From a bacterium (GTDB taxonomy: Bacteria > Omnitrophota > Gorgyraeia > Zapsychrales > Zapsychraceae): DNA of 64,000 nt. The position numbers and the translations under genes were made by a program. Shown here one piece after another: positions 1 to 10,011 of this stretch. The notes under the pieces were generated by a model. The model searched no databases and had not been told where the DNA came from. It saw nothing but the letters and a program-made list of their open reading frames with translations. The stretch lies in the NCBI GenBank assembly GCA_030429765.1, contig JAUIER010000003.1, positions 16,402 to 80,401 of the forward strand, given 5' to 3'. Position 1 is the first letter of the stretch. Each line of letters opens with the position of its first letter.

Positions 1-3000
1 GATCCTCGGGAAGTATCTGGTCACGTCGAGCTTTGACTCCCAGCGCGAGCGTAAAGAAATATTCCGTAATCTGGATCCGGAAGAATATTATCCGATTTAC
101 GGGGACGGATCGGAGATTAATTACGACGCGACGAATACGCAGGGCAATCTGTATGTCTTGATCGAGTGGGATAAATCATCGGTGATCTGGGGGAATTACA
201 GTATTGGATTTGATGAAACCGAATTTGGTCGCTTCAGCCGTTCACTGTACGGGGGTAAGGTTGATTTTGAGTCTTTGAGTACCAACAAGTACGGCGACGC
301 GCGGACCAAGATCATCGCGTTTAAGGCCAAGGCGCAGCAGCGCAGCGCGCACAATGAGTTTTTGGCAACAGGCGGTTCACTCTACTTCCTCAAGCACAAA
401 GATATCGTCGAGGGATCGGATAAAGTGACGATCGAGATCCGTGACAAGATCACCGGATTGGTGACGACCTCACGCGACATGGTTGAGGGGGCGGACTATG
501 AGTTGGATTACAGTTCCGGGCGGATGGTGTTCTGGAAGCCTGTTCCAACGCTGGTCCAGTCGTATTCAATTATTGAAGATGACTTATTGGCCGGAAATCT
601 GGTTTATGTGATCGCCGACTATGAGTATGAAGTCAAGGACAAGGTTGATGAAGGAGCTATCGGGGTTCGGGCCCGTCAGGCAGTGGGAGAGAATGTGCTC
701 GTCGGAACGACCTATGTGCGTGAAGGTTTGGAGCAGGAGGATTATCAACTCCGCGGTACGGACGTGACGGTCAAGCTCGGTGAAGAGGCCTCGATCACAG
801 CAGAATACGCGCAGACATCAGCCGAAGTCCAGCCGACATTTGTCTCGACCGACGGCGGTTTGTCATTCACTGAGCTGGCGACGAGCGAGGGATCCCGCGG
901 ACGTGCCTACGGACTTAAGGGGAACGCGCGGCTCTTCAACCGTCTGGGTGTGGACGCGTACTACAAATGGATCGACAATGAATTCTCAACGTCCGCGACG
1001 ACCGCGCAGCAGGGCAAGGAGCTTATCGGGCTTGAATTGACGTATGATCTCGGCGAGCAGACACGGTTCACCCTCAAACAGGATATTCAGCGCTTACTCG
1101 ACGACGGGAACCTCCAAACGCAGCTGCAGGTGGGATCAAACCGCACATCCACGACCATCGCGCAGATCGTGCATGAGGCCCGTCAGTTCCGAATCACGGC
1201 AGAAGCCCGCCGCGATGTCGATGAAGCGGCGGATACTGAGGTTAATATTATTGCGATCCGCGGAGATTATAAGTTCAGCGATCGGTTGATCTTCTCGGCC
1301 ACGCAGCAGGCGACTATTGGCGAAGATGATTGGCGTACGACGCTGGGTGTCTCGGCCAAACCGAGTGACAAGTTGACGCTGACCTTGCAGCAGATTTTCA
1401 GTGAGGACGGATCAGCCACGACGATTGGCTTGATCGCGGATATGAACGAGCGTTTCGCGCTAACGGCCGGTTACACACTGGAAGAGGCCGGCGGTTCCAG
1501 CGCGACTATCGGCGCGATCACCAGACTTAATGAATCGATCGAGCTGGAAACCAAATTTGGTATTTCCTCAACGGAAGGGTTCAGCCGTGCGTTCGCTCTG
1601 GGGGCCAGCGGCAAGCGCAGGTTAGGCGAGGATAGTGTGCTCGACACATCATTTGGTGCCGACGATTCCGGCGTGACAACCGCTACGGCCTCCGTCGGTA
1701 CGACTTCCAAGATAACCGATACCACTGAGATTAGCAGCAGCGTCGAAGTCTCCGGAGACGGATCACGCCGACAAACAGCTGTTACGCTGGGCGGGACGAC
1801 TCAATACGGCGAAGATACAATGTTGCAGAGTCAAATCGAGTTGTCCGAGGCGTCATCGGGTTATCGCGCATCCACATTCTCCATCGGGGGACGTAAACAG
1901 GTCGATGAACAAACGCTGGTCGAGAATAAAATTTCCTTCACGGACTCCAACACGGGTGTGGATCAGACATCCGTTACGTTCGGGACAACCAAGAAGATTA
2001 CGGATGACATCGAGTTGACAACATCGAGAATTTTCGGGACGACAGGCGATAGTCAAACCACGGAGAATCAGTATGGACTATCGCTGGTCCGGGACGGTAA
2101 GAAATTGCAGGGGACGTTAAGCCGTCGTTATCAAAGCGGCGAGACTGAGATTTCGCGAACAAATATCTTCGGGTTGACCGGGGAGCTCGACGACCGATGG
2201 GCGTTGACCGGAAAGTATGAGCGATCGGAAATCGAGAACCTTGACGGATCACAGACACGTCGTGACGTGATTTCACTGGCGGGGGGATACGTTAAAAAGG
2301 ATCCGGAAACGGGGCTTGAAATGTTCAAGAGCTCTACGAAACTTGAGGTGCGTTTTGACGAGGGTAATGAGGATCGCCGTCAGTACTTGATCAGCAACGC
2401 GTCGGAAGGTCAGCTGACACCGGAGTTTTCACTCTTCAGCAAGATCGAGTTATCGGAAACGGTCGATACCAGTCTGGATACACAGATTGAACAGTACAAA
2501 GAGTTTGTGATCGGTGGGGCCTATCGACCGATCATGTTTGATAACCTCAATATTTTGGGTAAATACACGTATCTGGAAGGACGTTCGCCGGCCAGTCAGG
2601 AAGATTCAGCGGATATCGTCGAGGAGAAGGCTCAGGTCATGTCAGCCGAGGCCATTTACGATATCACGGACAAATGGCAGATCACCGAAAAATTCGCCTA
2701 CCGTATTAGCGATGAGAAGGTCGAAGGTTTTGATTTCACCAAAACCCATACGTGGTTGATGATCCATCGATTGACGTACAAGGTCAACAAGGATTGGTCG
2801 GTTAGCGGGGAGTACCGTATGCTTACTCAGCGGGAGGCCGAAGACAGCAAACGCGGCGCGCTCTTTGAAGTGTCCCGACGCGTGGGTGAATATGCGCAGC
2901 TGGGCGTCGGGTATGACTTCACGGACTTTACCGATGATCTCACCGACCTGGATTACACGACCTATGGTCCGTTCGTTCGGGTTACCGGTAAGTTCTACGA

Positions 3001-3388
3001 CCGTTCGCCGGAGGAGATTGAGCGTTCGCGGCAGAAGTGGCTGAATGAAAAGATCGACCGCTGGGCCTGGATCATGGTCCGGGAAGAGCTGGACAAGGAT
3101 TCCAGTCCGATACTACGGGAGTTGAATGATTATTTTGTTATGGCGCAGCTGGCATACGAAAAAGGCGACTACGAAGAGTCGGAGCAAATCTACAAGGATA
3201 TCATCATGGCCGGCCGGATGATGCATGGGGAAGCGGCCGAGTTCATCCGCAAGCATGTCGATAAAGAGAATCGTCTGCGGGAAATGAAGGAGCTCGCTGA
3301 TCAGTATTACAAGAACGGTCAGTACGAAAAAGCGAAGAAAATATTAGAGAAAATTCTGGAAGAGGCCGAAAAGCCTGTGTTAAAATAG
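1..3388 (+). CDS. Outer-membrane beta-barrel-like protein, 5'-partial, with a ~130-aa C-terminal helical TPR-like extension
   Basis: The reading frame is open from base 2 and the listed ATG at 158 is internal. The protein shows long runs of alternating hydrophobic/polar T/S/G-rich segments typical of beta-hairpins. The barrel-like C-terminus is ...YTTYGPFVRVTGKF. It is followed by a helical tail with the TPR-like units LAYEKGDYEESEQIYKDII and YYKNGQYEKAKKILEKILEEA, which resemble the repeats of the downstream gene. Confidence 0.5.
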   Translation, partial: ILGKYLVTSSFDSQRERKEIFRNLDPEEYYPIYGDGSEINYDATNTQGNLYVLIEWDKSSVIWGNYSIGFDETEFGRFSRSLYGGKVDFESLSTNKYGDARTKIIAFKAKAQQRSAHNEFLATGGSLYFLKHKDIVEGSDKVTIEIRDKITGLVTTSRDMVEGADYELDYSSGRMVFWKPVPTLVQSYSIIEDDLLAGNLVYVIADYEYEVKDKVDEGAIGVRARQAVGENVLVGTTYVREGLEQEDYQLRGTDVTVKLGEEASITAEYAQTSAEVQPTFVSTDGGLSFTELATSEGSRGRAYGLKGNARLFNRLGVDAYYKWIDNEFSTSATTAQQGKELIGLELTYDLGEQTRFTLKQDIQRLLDDGNLQTQLQVGSNRTSTTIAQIVHEARQFRITAEARRDVDEAADTEVNIIAIRGDYKFSDRLIFSATQQATIGEDDWRTTLGVSAKPSDKLTLTLQQIFSEDGSATTIGLIADMNERFALTAGYTLEEAGGSSATIGAITRLNESIELETKFGISSTEGFSRAFALGASGKRRLGEDSVLDTSFGADDSGVTTATASVGTTSKITDTTEISSSVEVSGDGSRRQTAVTLGGTTQYGEDTMLQSQIELSEASSGYRASTFSIGGRKQVDEQTLVENKISFTDSNTGVDQTSVTFGTTKKITDDIELTTSRIFGTTGDSQTTENQYGLSLVRDGKKLQGTLSRRYQSGETEISRTNIFGLTGELDDRWALTGKYERSEIENLDGSQTRRDVISLAGGYVKKDPETGLEMFKSSTKLEVRFDEGNEDRRQYLISNASEGQLTPEFSLFSKIELSETVDTSLDTQIEQYKEFVIGGAYRPIMFDNLNILGKYTYLEGRSPASQEDSADIVEEKAQVMSAEAIYDITDKWQITEKFAYRISDEKVEGFDFTKTHTWLMIHRLTYKVNKDWSVSGEYRMLTQREAEDSKRGALFEVSRRVGEYAQLGVGYDFTDFTDDLTDLDYTTYGPFVRVTGKFYDRSPEEIERSRQKWLNEKIDRWAWIMVREELDKDSSPILRELNDYFVMAQLAYEKGDYEESEQIYKDIIMAGRMMHGEAAEFIRKHVDKENRLREMKELADQYYKNGQYEKAKKILEKILEEAEKPVLK

Positions 3389-3421
3389 GCCTCTTGATAC
3401 TATTATTAATAAGTATAATAG

Positions 3422-6400
3422 GTGTTGTGTAAACGGCGCATGTCCGCAAATCCAAAATACATTTCTGCCTTCATTAAGTGCCTGGCCGCGGGGATTCTCT
3501 ATGCGGGAATCTCGACGGGGGGTGCAGTTCTCGCCCAGGAATTACCGGATGATCCTACATTCAAAGAGCGTAAAGCCGAAGAAGGTTACACACTTGATCT
3601 GAAAACGCTGATCAATAAATCCAAGAAACGCATCGAACAAGTTGAAGATAAGCTCAAAGAGCAGGCCAAAGAACGCCGCAATGAACGGCGTGAGGCCAAG
3701 GCGCGTGAGTACTATGAGAAAGCCCAACGTCTGTACGATGAGGGCAAATTTGATGAAGCCGTCGAACTTTGGGAGAAGGCTATCCGTATCACAGAGCATG
3801 ATGAGATGGAGGGGTATGTCCACAAGAGTGTGAGCCGTCAGCGGAAGAAGGACAAGGCGCTGAAGAAAGAAGAACAGCGCCGGCTGAAGCGACTGGAGGT
3901 CGAACGCGGGTATTCAGCCAAAGAGGTCGACAAGAAATATCGGGAGGCGGTCGAACTGTACAAAGATAAAGATTTTCTCGCCTCGAAGGTGGTTTTTGAA
4001 GAGGTCAACAAAATGTTCCCGGACCATCGCGCCACCCGCAGTTATATCGCGCTCATTGATCGACACATTGAAAAGGAACAGCGCGGAATGATCGAATCAA
4101 AGCTCAACAGTCCGGAGATGTCGTCGGCCAAGGCCAAGGCCCGCTGGAAAGAAGAGCTCAAAGAACGCGAACGCCAGCGTGAAAATGAACGCCGCGAACA
4201 GGCCGATGCGCTGTATGAAGAAGGCATCCGGCTGTACAAGAGCAAACAATACGAAAAGGCCAAGGAAAAATTCAAGGAAGTCGAATGGGTTCTGCCGGAC
4301 TACAAGCGGACGCTGCGCTATCTGTCCAAGATTGACAAAGATATCGAAAAGCACGGCGTGCGCTTTACCGAAGAGGATAAACTTCGCTATTTCAAGAATC
4401 AGGTCCGGGAAGGCAAATTGTCACCAGCCGAACAGGCCCAGGCTGAACGTAATCGAGTGGTCCAAGCGCGTGGATTTACCGATGAACGCCGGCGCAAAGA
4501 AGAGGCCGAGTTTGTCTATGATGCCGCGGAAACACTGTACAGGAAAAAATACTACAAACAGGCCCTCGAGAAATTTTATGAAGTCCGTTCGATTTATCCT
4601 GGATACAAGAAGACGGACCGTTTTATCAAGAAGCTGCACAAACGGTTGCCCGACGAGGCGGACAAACATGAAGTGGTCCAGCAGTCCTCTAGTCCGGATT
4701 ACGATGAAATGTACAAAGCTCCGCAGGGGACCAATGAGACCGCCCGCAAGGCCATCGCCAATCATCAGAACGGATTGGTCGCTCAGGCCGAAGAAAAATA
4801 CCAGCAGGCGGTTATGTTTTATAACAAGAAAAACTTTACCGAGGCGCAGCGAAAATTTATAGCGGTTGAGGCAATCATTCCAGGGTACAAGGCCACCCGC
4901 GAGCACCTCGCCCGGATCGACGGCGATATTGCGCGTCACCGCGGCCATACGTCAACCAAAACTGAAAAATCTGTAGCGTCAGCCAAACGCTCCCTATCAC
5001 CTCGTCAGGAGGAGACGGTCAAAGATAAATATCGTCAGGCCCGACGGCTCTACAAAGACAGGAATTATCAGGCCGCCAAAGACTTATTCGTCGAGATCAA
5101 TAAACTAAGTCCGGGGTACCGTTCGACTATGAAATATATTTCCCGATCGAACCGTAAACTCGAGCAGGAAAAAGCGGAGCGTGACAAACTCAAAGGCAAT
5201 GTTGGGGAAATGACCGTTGCGGCGGCGCCGGCAAGCACCATAACAGCCGGGAATTTGGGAACTCAGCGTAATTTGGGACTGGACGAGTACGAACGATTCA
5301 AACAGGCGGCCTATGCCGGTGAGGAATATCAACCAATGATGGGTGCAACCGAATTAGAACAGGTCGAGGCGCAAGCCGTGGAAGTGATTGAGGCTGTAAC
5401 GGCTGATCCCAAGCTCCTGGAAGAATATGATCCGTCCGATGCCAAGTTGTCCCGCGATGACAAGCGTCAGCTTGAGAAGCAGCAGGAGATGGTCCAGAAG
5501 GAAGTATCGCAGCAACAGAAAGATACCAAGCATCAAATGAAGCATATTATCGGCGATACGTATGACGAAGCGCGTGAGCTCTATCAGAAGGAAGAGTGGG
5601 CCGAAGCCAAGATCCGGTTTGAAACGGTGGAACGGTTGAGTCCCGGCTACCGACGGGCAAAATCGTATATCAAGCGAATCAATCGGAAGATCATGGAGCG
5701 GCAGGCCGTACCGGAGATCAAGGTGACAACCGCCGATGGAAAGCCTATTCCTGTGGTGGCGGATGTGACATTGGAAGATATTCAAAAGGCCCGTGAGGCC
5801 GAGCAAGTGGTCAGTCAGGAAGAGCTTCATCGTTCCGCACATCGCGTGGCCAAGCAAATGCAGGAGGAACAGAAACGGTTCGCTGCTTTGGCGGATCAAG
5901 CCATTCATCATTCCATGGAGGATACGGAGGAGGCCCGTAAGCAACGCGAGGCGGCCGCTGAAAAGACCAAGCGCGAACTCAAGGAGTCAATGCGGCTGCT
6001 GGAGTATGAGGCCGAGCAGCGGGAAAAAGCGGCCATGGAGGCACAACAGGCGGTCAATAAATCGTCGCGTCAAAGCCGTCGAGATTTAGATAAACTTCGT
6101 GATGACATGAAAGACGAAATGAAACAGGCGAATCGCGAGACCCTTAGGCGAATGGAAGATATGGTGGCCACCACATATGACGAAGCCAAGGATTTATTTA
6201 AGGAAAAAAGATACACGGCGGCGAAGCTTAAGTTTGAAACCGTCCAGCGACTGCATCCTGGTTACCGTCGGGTGGAATCGTATCTCAAGCGGGTTGATAA
6301 CAAGATACGTACCAATCAGGATTACACTGCCGATATGCCCAAAGATGTGTCGCAGGATCTGCTGCGATTGAAGAAACAAAAAATACGGCTCAAGGCCGAA

Positions 6401-7681
6401 GATGATGCCTATGCGGTCGCACGTGTTCGAAATAATGATTTGGAGAATGTATTGATGACGCGTAAGGAGTACACCAAGCGCGTGAGCGAATTGCATGCCA
6501 TTGATGAGGAACAAAAACGGTTGGCCGGTGAGCGTCGGATGAAACGGTTGGAACAGGAGCGCCTGTTAAAGTTGGAAGAAAAGCTGGCGTTTGAGCGGGC
6601 GCTAAAGGAAAAAGAAGCCAAGATTCGACGCAAGCAAGAAATGGACGAGCAGGAGAAAGAGGAGATTCGCCGGGCTAAACGGCGTGAGCATGACGAGCGG
6701 TTACGCGAGGCGCGTGAGCATCAGGAACGCATGGAACGCAAGTATCGCGAGGACCTCAAGCGGATTCGTAAATACGCGCTGAAACGATACCGCGACAACG
6801 ATATGATCGAGGCTCAGGCATTGACCGGACGTTATGAAGACTTGTTGGCCAAGGCCAATTTCTCCGAGCGCGAGCGGATCAAGATGCGGCAGCAATTCAG
6901 CCGCGAAAAGAAAAAGATCCTCAAGGAATACGACCGGGATCGCTACGAGGCCGAACGGATTTTGTATGAAGGTACTAGATATCAGGCCGCCGAGGCACCG
7001 ACAGCATCCGACGCAAATAAGATTCAGCTGACCCGTTCCAAGGAGTTAGAAGAGTTAGAGGCCAAGATTCGCGAAGAAGAGCGCAAACTGCAGCGGGCCC
7101 GTGAAGAAGAGGAAAAGCGTCGCCAGGAAATGGCAGAAGTACGGGCGCAGTTGACGCCTGATCTCGCGCCTCCAACAATCTCAGAGTCTAAAACCGCTTC
7201 TTTGAGCAAGGCATTCCCGGCGGATGTAGACCGCTATGTGGAAATTCGCGAGGAACGGAATCGAAAACGCGGGATGAAAATCGAAGAGATCCAGGAGCAA
7301 AAACGTAAAGAGATTGAATCCGTCGTCAAATCCCGCCAGGCGGAATTGCGTAAAAAACGCGAAGAGGTCCAGGAGGAGTTTGATAAGAATATCAAGAAGC
7401 TGTACAAAAAGGCGGTAAGGCTTTACAAAAAGAAAAATCTGCAGGAAGCTGAGATCATTTTTGAAGAGATCCAGATAATGAAGCCGGAGTATAAAAAGAC
7501 GGAAAAGTACCTGACGAAGATCCGTAAAAAGATCAAAAAATCGGATCAAACGGTGAAGGCTCAACCGGTTGAAACCGGATTCCGTGAAACCACGTCAATT
7601 CCACTGGAGCCCATCGGCGGCTCCTCCCGTCAAGATGCTGTGACAAGCGCCTTGGACGCCTTTGAACGCCAGATGTGGTAG
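3422..7681 (+). CDS. Secreted, highly charged (K/E/R-rich) repeat protein of 1419 aa with at least 9 TPR-like 'LY..K.Y..A...F..V....PGY.....YI..I...I' units
   Basis: The start is GTG at 3422, or alternatively ATG at 3440. The N-terminal signal peptide is MSANPKYISAFIKCLAAGILYAGISTGGAVLAQE. Repeats include LYEEGIRLYKSKQYEKAKEKFKEVEWVLPDYKRTLRYL, LYKDRNYQAAKDLFVEINKLSPGYRSTMKYI, LYQKEEWAEAKIRFETVERLSPGYRRAKSYI and LFKEKRYTAAKLKFETVQRLHPGYRRVESYL. Charged coiled-coil-like linkers lie between them. Only 33 nt separate this gene from the upstream one. Confidence 0.55.
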   Translation: MLCKRRMSANPKYISAFIKCLAAGILYAGISTGGAVLAQELPDDPTFKERKAEEGYTLDLKTLINKSKKRIEQVEDKLKEQAKERRNERREAKAREYYEKAQRLYDEGKFDEAVELWEKAIRITEHDEMEGYVHKSVSRQRKKDKALKKEEQRRLKRLEVERGYSAKEVDKKYREAVELYKDKDFLASKVVFEEVNKMFPDHRATRSYIALIDRHIEKEQRGMIESKLNSPEMSSAKAKARWKEELKERERQRENERREQADALYEEGIRLYKSKQYEKAKEKFKEVEWVLPDYKRTLRYLSKIDKDIEKHGVRFTEEDKLRYFKNQVREGKLSPAEQAQAERNRVVQARGFTDERRRKEEAEFVYDAAETLYRKKYYKQALEKFYEVRSIYPGYKKTDRFIKKLHKRLPDEADKHEVVQQSSSPDYDEMYKAPQGTNETARKAIANHQNGLVAQAEEKYQQAVMFYNKKNFTEAQRKFIAVEAIIPGYKATREHLARIDGDIARHRGHTSTKTEKSVASAKRSLSPRQEETVKDKYRQARRLYKDRNYQAAKDLFVEINKLSPGYRSTMKYISRSNRKLEQEKAERDKLKGNVGEMTVAAAPASTITAGNLGTQRNLGLDEYERFKQAAYAGEEYQPMMGATELEQVEAQAVEVIEAVTADPKLLEEYDPSDAKLSRDDKRQLEKQQEMVQKEVSQQQKDTKHQMKHIIGDTYDEARELYQKEEWAEAKIRFETVERLSPGYRRAKSYIKRINRKIMERQAVPEIKVTTADGKPIPVVADVTLEDIQKAREAEQVVSQEELHRSAHRVAKQMQEEQKRFAALADQAIHHSMEDTEEARKQREAAAEKTKRELKESMRLLEYEAEQREKAAMEAQQAVNKSSRQSRRDLDKLRDDMKDEMKQANRETLRRMEDMVATTYDEAKDLFKEKRYTAAKLKFETVQRLHPGYRRVESYLKRVDNKIRTNQDYTADMPKDVSQDLLRLKKQKIRLKAEDDAYAVARVRNNDLENVLMTRKEYTKRVSELHAIDEEQKRLAGERRMKRLEQERLLKLEEKLAFERALKEKEAKIRRKQEMDEQEKEEIRRAKRREHDERLREAREHQERMERKYREDLKRIRKYALKRYRDNDMIEAQALTGRYEDLLAKANFSERERIKMRQQFSREKKKILKEYDRDRYEAERILYEGTRYQAAEAPTASDANKIQLTRSKELEELEAKIREEERKLQRAREEEEKRRQEMAEVRAQLTPDLAPPTISESKTASLSKAFPADVDRYVEIREERNRKRGMKIEEIQEQKRKEIESVVKSRQAELRKKREEVQEEFDKNIKKLYKKAVRLYKKKNLQEAEIIFEEIQIMKPEYKKTEKYLTKIRKKIKKSDQTVKAQPVETGFRETTSIPLEPIGGSSRQDAVTSALDAFERQMW
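3700..7545 (+). repeat. Dispersed intragenic repeats (~45 codons each, at least 9 copies) encoding TPR-like helix pairs ending in a P-G-Y motif
   Basis: The protein-level consensus A..LY.....Y..A...F..V....PGY.....Y...I...I recurs along the 3422..7681 product. It follows the TPR consensus positions (L/W4, Y/L8, A11, A20, F24, P32). Confidence 0.6.
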
Positions 7682-7687
7682 GCGTTT

Positions 7688-9997
7688 TTGCTCATCCCGC
7701 AATTTCTTACCATGCACCGACAATTCAGTGTTGACATTCCGGCGCTTTTGCATCAGTATTTGTCTTGGATCATTTTGACGCCGGCCATTCTATTACTTCC
7801 ATTTCACACCCTTGTGTACGCCGGTACAGATATTCTCAAGGATAACACCATGACCGCTGATTCCAAACTCAACAGACTCGCCCAGGAAAAAAGTCCGTAC
7901 CTACTGCAGCACGCGACCAATCCGGTGGATTGGTATCCCTGGTCGAATGAGGCCTTTGACAAGGCGCGGCGCGAGGACAAGCCGATCTTTTTGTCTATCG
8001 GATACTCCACCTGCCATTGGTGTCATGTGATGGAGCATGAGTCTTTCGAGGATGCAAAGATTGCTGAGTACTTGAACGCACATTTTGTTGCCATCAAGGT
8101 AGACCGTGAGGAGCGGCCGGATGTTGATACTATCTACATGAGCGCGGTTCAGACCATGACCGGACAGGGCGGTTGGCCGTTGTCGGTATTCTTAACGCCG
8201 GATAAAAAACCATTTTTCGGCGGGACCTATTTCCCGCCATATCAACGCTGGGGTTCACCCGGATTTCTCGATGTGCTGCGCTCCATTCAGAATTCATGGA
8301 CGAATAACCGTGAACAATTGGTGGCGTCGAGCGAATCGTTGAGCGACATGCTCGCCGAACGTCAATCCGGTCTCAATCCCGGCGATCCGTTAGGGGCACC
8401 GGTTCTGGAAAAAGCCTATAATCTTTTCGCCCGCAACTATGATCGGACATTTGCCGGATTTGGGGATGCTCCCAAATTTCCCACCAGTCACAATTTATCG
8501 TTTCTGCTGCGCTATTGGAAGCGCACGGCGGATGCTCAAGCTCTCGAGATGGTCGAACAAACGTTGAGACGAATGGCCGAGGGAGGAATGTATGATCAAC
8601 TCGGCGGCGGATTTCATCGGTATGCCACCGACCGGGAGTGGCAGGTGCCGCATTTTGAAAAGATGCTTTACGATCAAGCCATCCTGGCCCGGACATACTT
8701 GGAGGCCTATCAAATCACTCGAAATAGTTTTTACGCCGACATCGCCCGCGATATATTTGACTACTGTCTACGTGATTTGCGGGATAGCCTCGGCGGATTT
8801 CATTCGGCCGAGGATGCGGATAGTATCGATCCCTATGAGTTTGAACATACAAGTGTAGAGCTGGAAGGGGCCGAGAAGAAAGAAGGCGCGTTTTATTTGT
8901 GGACGTATACGCATATGCAGCAGATTCTCGGTGAGGCAGATGCCAAGATTTTTGCCGATGTCTACGGCGTTAAGGCAAACGGGAATGCCAAGTCAGACCC
9001 GCATGGAGAGTTCACCGGGAAAAATATTTTGCATATCGATCAGAATCTTGAGCAGGTCGCGGAATCATCAGGAAAGAGCCTGGAGGGAGTTCAGGAGATT
9101 TTGGAGCGCGCTCGCGCCAAGCTGCTCGAGGTGCGACGAACCCGTTTGCGCCCGCATCTGGATGACAAGGTATTGACCGACTGGAATGGATTGATGATAT
9201 CGGCCTTGGCGTATGGGGGCTGCGTGTTGGGAGAGAGCAGGTATCTTGAAGCGGCCGAAGAAGCTGCCAATTTCATCTTACATAACATGTTCGACCGGGG
9301 CCGTCTGCTGCATCGCTATCGGGACGGCGAATCGGGCATTACCGGAACGTTAGAAGACTACGCATTTTTAACAAATGCCTTATTAGATCTCTATGAGGCA
9401 ACCTTCGATGTCCTATATATAGAGAAGGCAGTCGAACTTACCGGTCAGATGCTAGAGTATTTTTGGGATGATGAACGGGGCGGATTTTATCTGACGGCCT
9501 CAGATGCCGAGGCGTTGATCCTGCGTCCCAAGGAGATTTATGATGGCGCGATTCCATCGGGAAATTCGGTGGCGGCCCTGGTGTTGGCGCGCTTGTATCA
9601 CATGACATTCGACGCCGATTATTTGAGTCGGTTGGAGAAAATGAGCCAGACATTTGCCGATACCGTGCGTCAGTACCCAAGCGCGTACGCGCAATTTTTG
9701 ATCGCTATTGATATGGCGGTCGGACCGGCCCAGGAGATTGTGATGGCCGGCCCGGTGGACGATGCCGGAATTCATCATCTGACGAATCAAATTTACGCGC
9801 GTTTTCTGCCGAACCGTGTGCTGCTACATCGGGGGAGCGACGCGGATGACAATTCCATCATATTTAAGATTGCCCCTTTTGTGGCCAATCAACCGCCAAT
9901 CGAGAATCAGCCGACGGTCTATATCTGTGAAAATCATCAATGCAAACAACCGACCAATGATCCAGCCGTTTTTATTCAACGGCTGGAGGATTTATAA
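7688..9997 (+). CDS. Thioredoxin-domain protein of the YyaL / DUF255 (COG1331) family with a C-terminal six-hairpin (N-acylglucosamine 2-epimerase-like) domain
   Basis: Motifs: [54 protein letters not shown] (thioredoxin-like CxxC) and WTNNREQLV. The listed TTG start at 7688 adds a hydrophobic 54-aa extension. The canonical family start fits ATG 7850 ([22 protein letters not shown]). Confidence 0.8.
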   Translation: MLIPQFLTMHRQFSVDIPALLHQYLSWIILTPAILLLPFHTLVYAGTDILKDNTMTADSKLNRLAQEKSPYLLQHATNPVDWYPWSNEAFDKARREDKPIFLSIGYSTCHWCHVMEHESFEDAKIAEYLNAHFVAIKVDREERPDVDTIYMSAVQTMTGQGGWPLSVFLTPDKKPFFGGTYFPPYQRWGSPGFLDVLRSIQNSWTNNREQLVASSESLSDMLAERQSGLNPGDPLGAPVLEKAYNLFARNYDRTFAGFGDAPKFPTSHNLSFLLRYWKRTADAQALEMVEQTLRRMAEGGMYDQLGGGFHRYATDREWQVPHFEKMLYDQAILARTYLEAYQITRNSFYADIARDIFDYCLRDLRDSLGGFHSAEDADSIDPYEFEHTSVELEGAEKKEGAFYLWTYTHMQQILGEADAKIFADVYGVKANGNAKSDPHGEFTGKNILHIDQNLEQVAESSGKSLEGVQEILERARAKLLEVRRTRLRPHLDDKVLTDWNGLMISALAYGGCVLGESRYLEAAEEAANFILHNMFDRGRLLHRYRDGESGITGTLEDYAFLTNALLDLYEATFDVLYIEKAVELTGQMLEYFWDDERGGFYLTASDAEALILRPKEIYDGAIPSGNSVAALVLARLYHMTFDADYLSRLEKMSQTFADTVRQYPSAYAQFLIAIDMAVGPAQEIVMAGPVDDAGIHHLTNQIYARFLPNRVLLHRGSDADDNSIIFKIAPFVANQPPIENQPTVYICENHQCKQPTNDPAVFIQRLEDL

Positions 9998-10011
9998 AGC
10001 GAGGACTTATC

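Noticed and set aside
4179-5944. ORFs 4179..4862 (+), 4421..4948 (-) and 5354..5944 (-) inside the 1419-aa repeat gene
   Set aside because: These are alternative-frame and antisense ORFs of a compositionally biased (purine-rich) gene. None has motifs, and the main frame carries the signal peptide and the 9 conserved repeats.
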